64,000 nt of DNA, from contig NC_043005.1 of NCBI RefSeq assembly GCF_006345805.1, forward strand, positions 39,060,001-39,124,000. Direction: 5' to 3'. The stretch comes from Octopus sinensis. Its lineage: Eukaryota. Under the pieces are notes generated by a model. That model saw nothing but the letters and a program-made list of their open reading frames with translations. It was not told where the DNA came from and searched no databases. Shown here one piece after another: positions 13,685 to 27,890 of the stretch (position 1 is its first letter; the number at the start of each line of letters is the position of its first letter). Position numbers and translations under genes: made by a program.

Positions 13685-14987
13685 CACATGAATGTGTATT
13701 TTTCAATGTTTACACATAACAGGGAAAAAAATAAATAAATACTTACCAGGGTAGCAAAAATTCATGTAAGTACTAAGGATGTAACAGCCTATTTATAAAC
13801 GTAGAAATTTCAGGTTTTGGTGAAATATTTTTGTATGACATAGATAAATAAATAAATGGGGTTCAACGCAGGTGTTACTCAAATCTCTATATTTCCAACA
13901 TATGTTTCGAAGAATACATTGGTATTATTCCAGAAGGAATAACATGATGTAAAACAATGCAATCTTTTCATGAGGGAAAAAAGAGAAACAGAACACATCA
14001 GTAAGATATTTTAACTGAATGTGATTACTGCATATATGATGAAGGTTACGCTGGTACGTTATGTTTAAAAAAAAATTAACAGATATAACGTCAAAGGAAA
14101 TTTATAGAAAGAGGAGAAGAAAGAAAGAAACTAGCATAAAATTAAAAGTGAAGAAATATAGTGCGATAGGTAAATAGGAATAATGATTGAAAGCATAGAA
14201 ATAGATATATTTAGTGGAAGTGAAATGTAAGAAGACAGTTAAAGGTCGAAATTTATAGACTGGTAGAAATCACTTATAACAACTAAAGGTATGTTTTTGC
14301 CATCGTTTGCAACGATAAAAGCGTTCTTTAAATATGTTTTACAAGAGGATTCTCTGAAAACAGGATGAAATATAGTTCATCGTTACAGAGCGGAAATGAT
14401 TTAGATAGAATATTCCATTAGAAATCAAATTCTTTGTTATGTTCCTTTAATGAGCAAATTAATTTTACTAAGTCCAGTATAGTTTACGTTTATTGATATG
14501 TCTAACTGTTTTCTTCGAAACATACGTCGAAAGTATAAAGATTTGAATAACATCTGCGTTTAACTCCATCTTAGTGTTTGATGATAATGAGTATGGAAAC
14601 TTGTACATCCACAAATTTATCTTATAATTATATACAGTATATTACAATAACATACACGTGTTTCCACTGCAACAACTACTCATTGTTGAAAATGCAACTT
14701 TGCAATATTGTTGTTGCAGTTTCATCAGGGTCTGTTCATTTGATTTTCTTCGAAGTGAACTGGCTGAAGTAACGTTTTGTTAGTTAGTGTTCTGTGTGAG
14801 ATAGACCTTGATTTCACCCCAGTCCGAAGTTAGGGCTTGGAAAATTATATTCAGAGAGTGCGAGAGAGGAGAGAGAGAGAGTGAGAGAGAGAATAAAACC
14901 CAGAAAGTTAACGTACCTACAGGATGAACACATACTATGCTTGGTGACAAGCAATGAGTGAAGGAACGCCGTACACATTCATATTCA

Positions 14988-15363
14988 TTGCTCGGGTTTG
15001 TAAGGGAAATAACTATAAAGCATTTTTAGAGAGTTATAGCCAAAAAATAGCAAAAAATGCATTAAAAATGGAAAAAAAATTATGGTAAATTTTTTTTAAA
15101 TCGTTGACTCATCGTAGACATTTTTAGAGAGTTACTTCTCTTTATTTAAAAAATATGCGTTAAAATGGAAAAAAATGATGGTAAATTATTTTTAAAATCG
15201 TAGACTCATCGTAGACGCGCCCTAATACTCAGACGGGCTCGATATGAATCACGACTATAAGATACCCGAATTTGGTTAAACTGCACCGCAAAATGTGGGA
15301 GTAGTTAGGAATCTAAATCGTAGGAGACAGACACTCACACAACTTCACTTTTATATATATAGA
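14988..15363 (-). mobile_element. Non-autonomous Helitron-type element, second family, 3' hairpin lost
   Basis: Minus strand A|TCTATATATATAAAAGTGAAGTTGTGTGAGTGTCTGTC 5' end; internal ~97-bp tandem duplication (about 15021-15213); no CTAG end. Confidence 0.65.
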
Positions 15364-15524
15364 TATTCATTTCATCCTTTTGCATAAGCACCAAAAAATT
15401 TGATAAAAGGTAAATTACAATTATTGTATACATGCCTGTCTTCCTGATATTAACCGTGTTGGCAAGAGTATACTTCCTGATTTAACCGTCATATGACATG
15501 TAACACATGTATATATAACGGTTT

Positions 15525-15808
15525 TAAATTTTGGCACAAGGCCAGCAGTTTCAGAGCAGGAGGCAAGTTGGTTACAGAGACCTCACTGCTCAACTGGCAT
15601 TTATTTTATCAACCACTAAAGGATGAAAGGCAAAGGCAACGTCGACGAAATTTGAACTGAGAATGTAAAGGCGGACGAAATGCAGTTAAGCATTTTTTCC
15701 GGCGTGTTACCGATTTTGCCATGCTTGCTGCCTTTCAAGAAACAGAAGAAATGCCGCTAAGAAACTTTGGTACGACGTACTGACGATTACTGCTAGCTTG
15801 CTACCTTC
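15525..15808 (-). mobile_element. SINE family B plus second head remnant
   Basis: AAAGGATGAAAGGCAAAG...AAATTTGAACTGAGAATGTAAAG is the reverse complement of the family B body. Confidence 0.7.
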
Positions 15809-16599
15809 CAACATTAGTACAGATAATATGCAAAGTTGTAAACATACCTTGTTAAAAACATGTTCACAGTTACATTCCTCTTGTTACATAGTTAACATAG
15901 TCAATGACCTGCTGAAGACTGTATTTCCTTCAGTTGATTGCTCCTCAACATAGCAAATGTAAATATTATGCAACCACACATTACTGATCATAGACCCGAA
16001 TTATTTTCTCATTGTTTGGAGAAATATAACTCAGTTCCATTTGTTACTAATGAATCTAAATTTTGGGCTTCCACCGGAAGTATTAAATAGAACCATAACG
16101 ATGGATGTTCAGAATCATGGGAATATCACAGAGAACACCTAGAAATTAATAACACCCTTCAACGTAACTGATGAGGACCACCCGGGGGTCGATTTTGCCT
16201 TTCATTCCTCCTATCAAATAGATAATCACTAATACACTAGAAGTTGATAGGACCGACTGTAAATTTGTAAGACATCAATATTCACTAGTTATTGGTACAG
16301 ATATTGTTGTTGTTGTTGCTATTGTCATTTTTCTTGTTAACTTACGTAATCATTCTATAATGTATTTCAATAGAATTTTAAACCAGTACAATAAGCTTTG
16401 TCTATCGAATACTGAAGTTGATAATAAGATTTCTTTCCGGTTGTTTATACATGGAAATCAATACACCTAACTCCTCATTACTATTTCACAGAGAAGCTTA
16501 TCACTCAGTCTTACATAACCAACGCATTTTATTCACAATTATTCATCTTCATGTAACACGATAGATAATGTGTGTAAGTGTGTTTGCTTATATTTGTAT

Positions 16600-16640
<41 letters not shown>

Positions 16641-18821
16641 TGTATGATTATGGTTGGTGATTACAATAAAAGGAACAACATGCCGAATTAGTTCAGCTTC
16701 CACTACACTACCAGACATTGTTATCTAGATTTTTCTCTATTACGTCTATTCTCTCACATTCAGAAACTAAAGGTTGATGCATTCTTTAAAATTCAATGAA
16801 GTAATTGAGGCGGTGGAACAACGGAATACATGATTCTCATCATTTAGTTAAGTCCCTTTATATTCTGAATTAAAGTGTCACTGGCTGTACCTTTTCATCA
16901 GTTCTGCACCAGTAATATAAATACAGCCATTTACTGGGGTCGATTCAGGCGGTTATATTTCTCTCCTGAATGTGCCTGGTATTTTGCCGCACGAATTATC
17001 TAAGCATTGTAATTCGAATTATTCTAAATCGAGTAAAGTGAAATTTTTACCACTTTACTTTTTCAAAAACTGGCATCCTTCCACAGAAACCTTTTCCAAA
17101 TAGGCGATATGGTGAATGCATGAATTTTGCCGTATCAGCAGTAAAGATCAGATAAGCATTTGTTATTTTGTCAACAAAAAGCCAGATTTATAAAAGAAAT
17201 AAATGTTGAGAGGAGAATTTTAAAAAAGGCCGCCAGGAAGACACAAATTTTCTTGCCATGATAATGAGATTTCTTTTCGAGTATTTATATACGTTAATCA
17301 ATATAACTACTCCTAATTACCATTTCATGAAGAAACCTTGTATGGCCATATGGAATCGAATGTTTTGTATTCTCAATGGAATACAATGGCATTAAATTTG
17401 CTTCCATTTAACTGGAATTTAGGATATATTTATTCCTATTAGAGATGATAACACGCTTCAGTCTGTCAAAGGATCTTTAAAACCCGGCTTAATACCTTGA
17501 AATATATTTCGTTTCTTATCTTCCTTTTTCATTTCTTTTCATCTTTTTTATTCATGTTTTTGAAAACCTGTTTTTCTTTCCTCTGTTTCTGTTCCATTGT
17601 TGCAAACCACGAGATTGCTTGGTGGATGTGGGAAACTTGATTTAATTTTAGATGCTCATATTTCTTAAAATCGACTAAGTTCTTCATAAAATCTTCACTT
17701 TTTCATACTATAGCTAATATAAATATGAATACAGCTTATTTATTCATTTTTGTTTATCAGTGTCTCATTTTTTTCCGTATATATTCACCAAACTTCCACC
17801 CTGCGAATCGGCGATTCATTTTCTCTTTTACTATTCTTCCTATTCTAAACCAAACGAGAAAACAAGACAAGTTCGAGACCGCTTCACATGGTAAAAATAG
17901 AGCAATAGAGCGGCAAACGAACACGGGATTCTTTCTCTCGTCTGAATTGTTATCTATTCCATTATTGCAACCTCGAGTAATAGATTAACATAAAAGAAGA
18001 AAATAGCCTGACGCTAAAAGAGAGAAATGGTTCCCTTGTGTAGGTAAATGTAATGAATGCTTTGACAGCAGCGAAGACTATTTCTAACACAATGGTTACC
18101 CAAATAAAATTACTTTCTAGTTGGCGAATGGAACGAATAGAAATGGAAGTTTAAAGTGGCACAGGAGAATTATTAGTACAGAACTAGAGAACATGGAACT
18201 GTAAATTATCTTAAAGTACCTCGCGTTTAATTCTCTTTACGATATGTGGCTAATCTGAATATTTCCATTGGTAGATGTCGCTATAATTCAAACACTGTTC
18301 TAAATTACTAACAGAAATGTATGGATTCATACATAAATACACAAAAGGCATATTTTGTGTGCATACATTTGTGTTGCTGGATTTATCACAACTGCAGTGT
18401 AGTATAAAGTGAACGTATATGTTGCTGTTTAGCCCCAAGTGAGACATGATTCCATAGAGTTACGATCAAAAGCGTTCTCGTCGTCATTATCTCGTCTCTT
18501 CTCTCACAGACGTAGAATATTCAAAACTTCATTATCTAATGAGTCCTTTATTTTTTTATGACGATAAGATAGAATTTGAAAGTGATTCTGTTGCTATTTG
18601 TAGCAGGTCATTAGTTGATTTGTATGGTCGTGTAGAGGTGTATGTGTGTGTATGTGTGTGTACATGTGAGCGTGAGTGTGCTTTCGTGTGTGTGTGTAGT
18701 GTTTGCGTATGTGTGCGACTGAGTGAGTGAGTGAGTCAGTCTGCAGTTAGTCGCTTGAGTTCAGCATGGAAAGTTTGGAATATTTTAGTTTTTGTTTTTA
18801 CATTAAAAAGGAACTATAACA

Positions 18822-18827
<6 letters not shown>

Positions 18828-18907
<80 letters not shown>
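18828..18907. repeat. (TA)n microsatellite
   Basis: Direct reading. Confidence 0.95.
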
Positions 18908-18909
<2 letters not shown>

Positions 18910-19028
18910 CATCCGCTTCTGCACGGCTCTACGTAGGCAGTTGCTTAACTTTCATAATCTAAGTAAGCTATAAATAGATTACCCCAATGCTAAAAGGAAG
19001 GACAGAAGGTTGCCAATTGTATAGTATA

Positions 19029-20129
19029 CCAGAGGGTACTCAAAAGTAACCGGAAACGTTATCTGTGGGCCAAGCCCATTTTAGTTCAGGTTTCCGTCAC
19101 TTAATGCGACCCTTTGTGATCAGTCTGTCAAACGGCGTTGACGAGTGTAGTCTTACTGCCATGTAGTGCGTCTTTGCTTTGCAGTGCTTCTCCCTTGTTT
19201 GTCGATTTTTGCGATGGATGAAACGAAGGAACAACATGCTTCTGTGAAATTGTATTCTCTGCTGGTGAAAACAGCGACTGAAACAGTTGTCATGCTTCTA
19301 ACAGCTTACAAGGAAGCTTCCATGAGCAAAACATAGGTTTACGAGTGGTTTTCACGCTTTAAGAATGGTCACTTATCGCTTGAAGAGCGATCGTCGACCT
19401 CCCGAACGAAAACATTTTGAATATTCATGAACTGATCTTGGCGGACTATTGCCGAACAATTCACGAGCTTGTGGATATGACAGGTGTGTCCTGGAGTAAT
19501 TGCGAATGAAAAGAACTGAAGCAAAATTTGTGCCTTGCTCACGGAAGATCAAAAGCAGTCACGACCGAATGCGTGTCGTGAACTGAAAGAATAGTTGGAA
19601 GAGGCGAGCTGGCAGAAACGATAGCACGTCGGGTGAAATGCTTAGTGGTATTTCGTCTGCCATTACGTTCTGAGTTCAAATTCCGCCGAGGTCGATTTAC
19701 CTTTCATGTTTCAGGCTTGATAAATTAAGTACCTGTTACGCAGTGGGGTCGATCTAATCGACTTAATCCCTTTGTCGGTCCTTGTTTGTCCCCTCTATGT
19801 TTATCCCCTTGTGGACAATAAAGAAATATGAAAGAATAGTTGGAAATTGATCCGGTTTATTTTTTGAAGCTCACCACTGCTGACGAAAGCTGGTGCTACG
19901 AAATTTGCCGATGTGGCAGAGGTGAAGCCAAAAAACCAACGGAGGCGCTAAAAAGTATCATTTGCAAGAGTTCTAGCACTGCTTCGAGCAGTGGAAAACG
20001 CGTCTGAACAGAAGCCGATGCATTACTTCAAATGGAGGATATTTTTAAAGGTGATAAAAGTGAGAACAGGTAAAACTAAGTGAATAAAATAATATTACAA
20101 AATTCCGGTTTCTTTTGGATACCCCCACG
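19029..20129 (+). mobile_element. Mariner element, internally deleted, TA-flanked
   Basis: TIRs TA|CCAGAGGGTACTCAAAAGTAACCGGAA and TTCCGGTTTCTTTTGGATACCCCCACG|TA; from ATG 19214 MDETKEQHASVKL..KTATETVVML..VYEWFSRFKNG (HTH), later TADESWCYE, then a jump to the C-terminal FEQWKTR region. Confidence 0.9.
19601..19828 (+). mobile_element. Full-length SINE family B with 17-bp TSD
   Basis: Head GAGGCGAGCTGGCAGAAACG, B-box-like GAGTTCAAATTCC; TSD TGAAAGAATAGTTGGAA at 19584-19600 and 19829-19845. Confidence 0.92.
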
Positions 20130-21831
20130 TATACTTTTTCTGTTCATGTTAGGAACGTAAGCGAAATGAATACACCTAACCTTGATTGCGGATTAGATTA
20201 GGTTCAAATTGTTTGGTTCGCCAGGAAGTTAACTTGTATGCTATCACAAACTACAATCAATATATCGCACAAACATGTTTCGGTTCTTGTTTAAAGTCTC
20301 ATGTCAACTCCGACTGAGCTTGTCTATTATCAAAAGCATCGAATTATGACCATCTCAGCTTGTTTCAGACATTTTTTACCCTTGACAGAAATCGCCAATT
20401 TATTTTCTCCATTATAAGGCAATAGATTAAGAACTGGGAGATTTGCCGATTATTTCTAGTAGGGTCTTGTGACAATATAAATGCTTTCTCGTTCGCTCAT
20501 CTAACTTATTTCTAATATATAAGGTGAAAATATTCCATTATCAATTCTGCTTAAGTTCAACTTCCCAAACTGATCCCGACATTTTTCTTCATTTATTTCC
20601 GTCAAGATCAAATGATTAGAAATCGTCTTAGACAAGCGCCGTCTCAGAAAAACACTGCCATAAAAATGCTATCCTATATTACACCCTTTCAACAACAATA
20701 CCATAGAAGAATTATGGGGTTGACAACTATTAATTTATGCTGCAATATACTATTGCAACTTAAGTCAATGTTGGATTGGTAAAATCATTGGAGCATCAGG
20801 CAAAATACTGTGATGTATTTTCTGGCTGTGCATTCTGAGTTAAAGATCTGCCGAGGTCAACTTTGCTTTACGTTCTTCATCATCAACACTTTGACATTAG
20901 TACATGTCTCGAGCCATAGAAATCGTACAGCTAGTTACTTGATTTCTATTGTGGATAAATGACTGAGATCTCAATATCGGCATTGAATGTGACGCTAGTC
21001 CGTCACAGGTTTACTTGTTTACAGCTGAGTGGACCGACGCAACAGCAGTACTTTGCTCAACAACAAAATGCACCACCAGATCTCGATCCGGGAAATAAAG
21101 CCATGATCTCGCAATATAGAGTGACTACACCACCCTTCCAGCTAGGCCATGGGTCTTCCATTTTATCATTTCGAGATCGATAAAAAATGTAACAGGTAAA
21201 AATTGGGGTCTATGTAACTGACAAACCCACTTCTCTCTAAATTACTGGTGTTGTGCCTCAATGAAAACGAATACATTATTACTGTCTGCAACAAGCGCTA
21301 TAAACCATGGGATAATTACGTATGGAGCAGATTTCGATACCATTTATAAGAAAATCTATATAGTTCTATAACTATCTTCTCTTCTTGTTTTATTTAAACT
21401 ATGGTCATTCGAAGAATTTCACTATTACTTTGGTCCGTAGTAACTCTCAGAGCTCAAACGTCATAACGAAACTACTTTTTTCATAGATGCCTTTAACATG
21501 TCAAACTAAAGTGAAATGGTCAAGTGTTTGAAATAACAGACCAGCAATCCCATGAGTCATAAGTTCCATTCCACTGCATTGGTTCGCTATATTTTAGTAT
21601 CTGTCACTTCATGTTATTTTATACATATAGAAATCCGCGTTGAAGCTGATCTTATTGATTCTTTGTGCTTTCGTGAATTTAATCTTATTTTAACCACACG
21701 AACACAGAGCTGAAACATATATGATTTCCCAAGGCACCAAGCAAGAAATAATGCACGCATTTCTTATTGTGTGGGAGACTTTAGTCTAAAGTAACTTAGA
21801 AATAATCGAACGTAACCACGTCAGTAAATAG

Positions 21832-21860
21832 GGTCCTATGTTTCAAATGTCATCAGGACC
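21832..21860 (-). ncRNA. Degenerate hammerhead-like remnant lacking stem II
   Basis: Minus strand GGTC-CTGATGA-CATTT-GAAA-CATA-GGACC. Confidence 0.3.
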
Positions 21861-22508
21861 AGAGACACAATGTAGGTAAAAAGTAAAATAAGTTCAATGT
21901 TAACAAACCCAAGAATTTTCAGTTAATGAAATTACACCCATAGTAAGGGAAAATATATATTATGTAAGCTGTACCCATGGAAAGGATACAAGTTCGTTGA
22001 TAATTTATATAGAATCATGAAATATTGATTAGGATTCTCACTGCTCTGCGTACACTTAATGAATTATTACCGGCTTGGTAGACATCAGCACACATCAGCA
22101 GGTAATGTTCAGGTTTCGGTAAACAAGAGCCAGTAATATTGTTCAAATTCATTAATCAAGGGTGGTTTTTACTGAGGAGACACATATGCAGCCGAAACAA
22201 CATCAATGAATCGCGTGTTTTGAATGCACATTTTCTAAACGGAGATGTTCAGCAATAAAGAGATACAATAGCAATCATAATTGCTATTGTAGTCACTTTC
22301 AATTCGACACGGGCGTATTGAGAATCAATAGATATGTTACTGGTTATAGTCTCGCTATTCTGTGTGCCCCTCATTAATTATTACCCGGTTGATAGACATC
22401 AGTATAGATAAGTAAACAATTATTTGTTGATTTCTATAAACAAAAGCCTATACTTTTGTTAGGTTCCTTGGCGTGAGGTAGCTCTGACTGAAGAGACACA
22501 TAATAAGG

Positions 22509-24037
22509 TTTTATATCGAGGTTTCTGGAAATGTCACCTTAATGTCCTACACTAATACAACCTGGTATATAATAAGTACCACGGAACGGGGTAGACACCA
22601 ACTGTCTCCATTTGATGTATTCCTATATACTCTGCTAACAATTGCAATCAATCCCAAATAACTCTCAACGAACTATAACAACCTCTCCTGCGACTCCACG
22701 ACCACACGAACGACACCTTTCGACACGCTGTTACTTATACGAGTTCGGTTAGTCAATTCTCAAAGGGGATGTCATATTTCTCACCATAAAATTTCTCCCT
22801 TTGAGATTTGGCTTCTGTATAGGAAGTACAACTTGTTTATTTTATTTTATTGCATTTTTTCATCATCGCTTCTCCCTTTTTTGAAATTTTAATTTCCCCA
22901 AAAGTTTTAATAATTCTTTCGCTTGGGGACTATTTCTAGTCGTTCTGCTTTTTTACGTTTTCTATTGCTGATCCGCCCAGTTTCAACCTCTTTTGGCGTT
23001 GGAATATCGAACAAATCATAACCAACGTACTCCGAAAATCTTCCATCGGCATTTCTTTTCTTTCTTCGGTATGTATAGTCTTCAACTGATTCAAATGTTC
23101 TTTGTGCAGCCCTATTTAGTCTTCTATTATATACATGATGCTGCCTATTTTTTTTCGTCACTATACCGTCCTCATAACCTTGTCTTCCATTTTTAATTTT
23201 TATATATTTGAAATGATCTTTATCTCCCACATGCACTGTTGAAATGATCTTTATCTCCCACATGCACTAGTTATTTTTGTAGGTAACAATTTGTCACAAA
23301 TTGAATTTATCTTCTGTGCAAATGTTAGCTCTGAAGGCGACTTGCCTGAACAAGTGTTAGTGTCCACGAAAATGTGTCTACGATCCTATCTGCTTGTCCA
23401 TTTGATTTCGAGTTGTACGGGAGAATAGAAATGTGATTCATTACATACCTCTCACAGAAAATCCTATATTCGCACCCCGAAAATTGCGAATGTCATAACT
23501 GAATCTGGCGAAAACGAACTTAGAGTGTTTTCCAACTTCAACATCAGTTCCAGCGAGTGTGTTGTAGTTGTTGCAGCAACTCCTGTTGCTGCTGTTGCTG
23601 TTGGTTTTGCCACTGAAATAGGTCACCTAATAGGCCTTCCATAATTAACTAATTTTTTGTATCATAAAAATTGTTACTGACCAACGTAAACTCCGAATCA
23701 ACTCATCGCCACTTTTATAATGTGATTTCTGCATATGTCACCTTAGTATCGTGCACTAATACAGTGTGATATATAGTACCACAGAACGGAGTAGACACCA
23801 ACTGTCTCCACTTGATACATAACCCAAATACTCTGCCAACAACTGTAACCAATCCAAAACAACTCTCAACAAACTATAACAACTTCTCAACAATTTCCTG
23901 CGATTCCTCCAACTGACGAACGACACCATTGGACTTCCTGCGATTTCTCATCTCTCACTCTCACTCAAACACGCTGCTGCTTATACGGGCTCGGCTAGTC
24001 CGTTTTCACAGGGGGCGTCATGATTCTCACCATAACA
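22509..24037 (-). mobile_element. Internally deleted Ty3/Gypsy (Mag-like) LTR retrotransposon, both LTRs, 5-bp TSD
   Basis: LTRs 23713-24037 and 22509-22791 (TGTTATGG...TATAA[A]A), TSD TAAGG at 22504-22508 and 24038-24042, PBS-like TGGCGATGAG next to the 5' LTR, PPT-like AAAGGGAGAAA before the 3' LTR, gag start MEGLLGDLFQWQNQQQQ, integrase piece HISILPYNSKSNGQADRIVDTF..GKSPSEL. Confidence 0.88.
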
Positions 24038-24295
24038 TAAGGTTCAAATACCGCTGTGCCTCACCTTACATGAATGAATTGTGTGTTATAAACACATATC
24101 GTCTAAATGAAGATATTCTTCAATGAAGAAAATCAATAGCGATCAGATATTCGAGTTCGAATGTACCAGAACGTATGAGAAGGAATAGATATTGTTCGGA
24201 TTATCGCTGTATTTTTTCTGACATGTTTGACTTTCAAAATCATATGAAGTTTCTATAGGTAGAACTGAATGTAAGATCTTACCTTTTATAATTTG

Positions 24296-24690
24296 TCTTT
24301 TACTTGTTTTTGTCTTTTACTTATACTTTTAAACTGCAGCAATACTGGGGCACCGCCTTTAAGAAATTTAATCGAATGACGTGACCTCAGTACTTCTGTA
24401 ATCTTTTTAAAAACTTAGTACTTATTATGTCATACAATTTTGCCTAACTGCTAAGATACGAGTTCATAAACAAACTAATACCAGCTATCAAGCAGTGGTT
24501 GGGACAAATACACACACTCATACACACACACTCACAACGGATTTCTTCGAGTTTCCGTCTATTAAATTCACTCGCAAATTCTTGGTCGGTCCGAGGCTAT
24601 AGCAGAAGTCACTTGACCAGTTTTCCAGTCAGTATAACTGAACTCGGAACCATATGGCTGAAATGCACGCTTCTTACCATACAATCACGG
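24296..24690 (-). mobile_element. Decayed near-full SINE family A
   Basis: Tail remnant, CA-rich middle, GGTCGGTCCGAGGCTATAGCAGAAG body. Confidence 0.7.
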
Positions 24691-24944
24691 TTACGCTTAT
24701 CTTAAGAGAGAATATTTTTGAAAAGAACTTTTGTTTATATTAGATAGGATTTTCTTATCGTCTCAAGAACTCCCTCTAGAAAGACTTCGGTAAATTGCCC
24801 ATCTGTAATTAGGGATTCACAAAGACTGGTTCCATGTTTCTCCCTGGGATTTCTTTCCATTTACTGAAAATGCTAGATGTAGTAGAAGGATGTTCCTCTC
24901 TACAAAAAGCAATTTGACATCAGAACATTCTCTGCACAGTACTG

Positions 24945-25200
24945 TCTCGAGTTCCAGGACTCACAGAGCCGGCTATTCGATTTCTTTATCCTATAAGTGA
25001 CCAAGATATCAACGGCTCCCAGGACGAGACGCCTGTCTGTCTGTCTGTCGCAGGGTTACTCGTTTGGAGTTGAGGGGATTAGGACAACGTGAAATGAAAT
25101 ATTTTACTCCAAAACATAACTCACCGTCCAACCCGGGAAACGAAACCACAGCCTTGCGGATCGTAAGTGTAACTTCTAACCACTAGGCTACACGCCTTCA
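24945..25200 (-). mobile_element. tRNA-derived SINE (family C-like)
   Basis: Minus head TGAAGGCGTGTAGCCTAGTGGTTAG...GGTTTCGTTTCCCGG. Confidence 0.65.
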
Positions 25201-26074
25201 GTTGTCATTACTAGCAAAATGTTTAATCCTTAACGTTATCTTATCTATACTTTTATTCTGCTATTCTATGATTATATTAATAACTCTTGAGCATAGCTTA
25301 ATACCCCATGATACATCCTTATTTGCGTTTCAGAGAAAATTCTCAAAGTAGGTGGGTTAAAGCGACTTTCTAATTACTTTTCAATAATTAATTTTAAATG
25401 TTTATTTCCTTCTGATTTGTCTTCGGAATTACAAAAATCGTATAGATATCGTATCTATCCATACAATATGGCTTCGGTTTGTTTCCATATTTTATCAACT
25501 AATTGTCTTAACGAATTGAGTTAATTTTATATCTATTACAAATTATAAGTATTGCATACGCAAAACATAATAGAATAATATAGATTAATTTTTATTAATT
25601 AAGATTTCGGAATTGTTTCTCCAGCATTTATTGAGCAAAATTGTTCATTAATCTAATGATGCTCTGTCGTCAACACTTACAATTTTTAATTTTTTACTAC
25701 ATTAAATTTATTTGCAATGATCAGTCGTGGGCAGTGGATTAGAATGTTGGACAAAATGTTTGATGCATTTGGTCCTGCTCGTTACGTTCGGCAAACTTGG
25801 TTGTAATCAGCGAACATGATATCCTTTACAAGATACTTTAAAGAAGGCAAGAAGAAAACAACTTTGAACTTTCTATCGAAACTCTTCTGAAACACTTTAT
25901 TTAGCAGATAAATTAGCAAGGATGCAGACGCAGGGAATAGCTTTATGGTTAGGAAGCTCACTTTGTAACTATGTGGTTTCTGACACAGCTCCACTGCCCC
26001 ACACTATATTCAAGAACTTTCTATTATAGACCCAGGCCTACCAATTTGGTAGATTTGGAAGATCTAAACTGTGT

Positions 26075-26260
26075 GAAAACCTGCCGTGTCGACCGATGGT
26101 GGTTCCTTTACGTCCCCGTAACTTAACGGTTCGGCAAAGAAGGCCGATAGAATAAATAGCAAATTCACGATGTAAAGAATTCGGTCGATTTGTTTCGACT
26201 ACATTCTTCAAGGTAATGCTCCAGCGTGGTCGCTGTCCAGTGAATGTAACAAGTAAAATG
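26075..26260 (+). mobile_element. SINE family A 3' half
   Basis: TTTACGTCCCCGTAACTTAACGGTTCGGCAAAGAAGGCCGATAGAATAA...ATGCTCCAGCGTGGTCGC...AACAAGTAAAA. Confidence 0.7.
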
Positions 26261-26689
26261 TGAAAGGCACTTTCATTTGCATGATGGCAAACGAAGAAAA
26301 CTAACAGAAAGGACGGGAGCACGATATTCACAAGCTTTTCGAAGCTGGTGAATTTGACACCACCGGTATTCATTCTAAGCCCCTGAAAACCAACAGATGC
26401 AGGAAACATTTGGCAGATAGTTGACAATCTTTAAAAGAAGATTTGGAAAGATTAATTACGCTATGAAAGATGAGAAACACAACAAGGGTCAAAACTACTT
26501 ATGTCGAGCATCACAAATCATTATTTTAATAAAACCTTGTATTTTTACTTCGAATCACGCCAGTGAAAATGAACAAAAGACCTGTAGCGGAGCATTCTGT
26601 TGAAATTTGCCATTAATATGCTTTGCTTTAGTTGAACATCATATGAGGAAAAATGATACTTTACTCCTCTTGTAATAGTGAAATTTTAC

Positions 26690-26766
26690 ATTTATAATTA
26701 TTAAAGAAATCAATATAATAAAAGAAATTATCATTATTATTACTATTATTATTATCATTATTATTA

Positions 26767-26813
<47 letters not shown>

Positions 26814-26908
26814 GTTATTATTATTATTATTATCATCATCATCATTATTATCATTGTCCCCCTTATCCTTCACCATGGTGGCAAATAACGGAAATCATCA
26901 TCATCATC

Positions 26909-26964
<56 letters not shown>

Positions 26965-26977
26965 TATAATAATAATA

Positions 26978-27045
<68 letters not shown>

Positions 27046-27890
27046 CATTATTATTATTATTATTTCTTTTGGCTTCTATTCTAACCTTTTTCTTCCATTT
27101 CTTTTCGGTTCTTCCAGGTTCCCGTTTGCTTTTTGTTCTTAATTGAAGTCTTGTTATTCAAGGTTTTCATTTTTTAATTATTTTTTTTTCATAAAGTCTT
27201 GATTATGATCATGATGATCATAATTATCATCATTACCGTCATAATTATCATTTTCATTGTCTTCGTCACTATCATCATAGTCATCATCAACGTCATCCCA
27301 TTTTCCCTTCTTTCGTTTGTTTTCGATTTCTTTTCCTTCTGCTGGTTCATGTCTTCCTTTCTCTTCGTCTTCCTTTACTACTACTGCTACCACTACAGCT
27401 ACTACTGCTTTATTCATTCCCACACTGCCTATTTCTTTTTCTCTTTCTCAAGCTTTTGTTTTTCAACATCTTTTGTAGTGGTTCCACAACGTCTCCTTCC
27501 CACCGTCTTCTATCTTTTTACGCCTTTTTCAACCTGGATGACTCCTTCATTAGTATATCTCTCTCAAAATAGAATTCCTTATGCATTTTCTTCTTCTCCT
27601 CCTCCACTTCTTTTTCTCCTTCTTCTCCTCCTTCTTTTCATCCTCCTCCTTTCCCACCTCCTTTTCCTCCTCCTAATTATTCATGATATCAACCTCTTCT
27701 TCTTCTTCTTCTTCTTCTTCTTCTTCTTCTTCTTCTTCTTCTTCTTCTTCTCCACCTTCTTTTTCTTCTTCTTCTCCTTTTTTCTCATCATCATCAGCAG
27801 CAGAAATACCATCCACTTCTTCATAATCTTGCTTCTTCTTTTTCCATTCATTTCCTCTCCCTTTCTCTTTTTTTCTCCTTGAAACCCCGT
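26690..27890. repeat. (ATT)n/(AAT)n compound microsatellite followed by pyrimidine-rich low complexity with (TTC)n
   Basis: Direct reading. Confidence 0.92.

Noticed and set aside
16168-16194. CTGATGA-GGACC..GGTC hairpin
   Set aside because: Followed by GATT, not GAAA; overlaps a SINE B fragment.
27199-27882. Longest ORF (227 aa)
   Set aside because: Low-complexity pyrimidine-rich tract; no domain.
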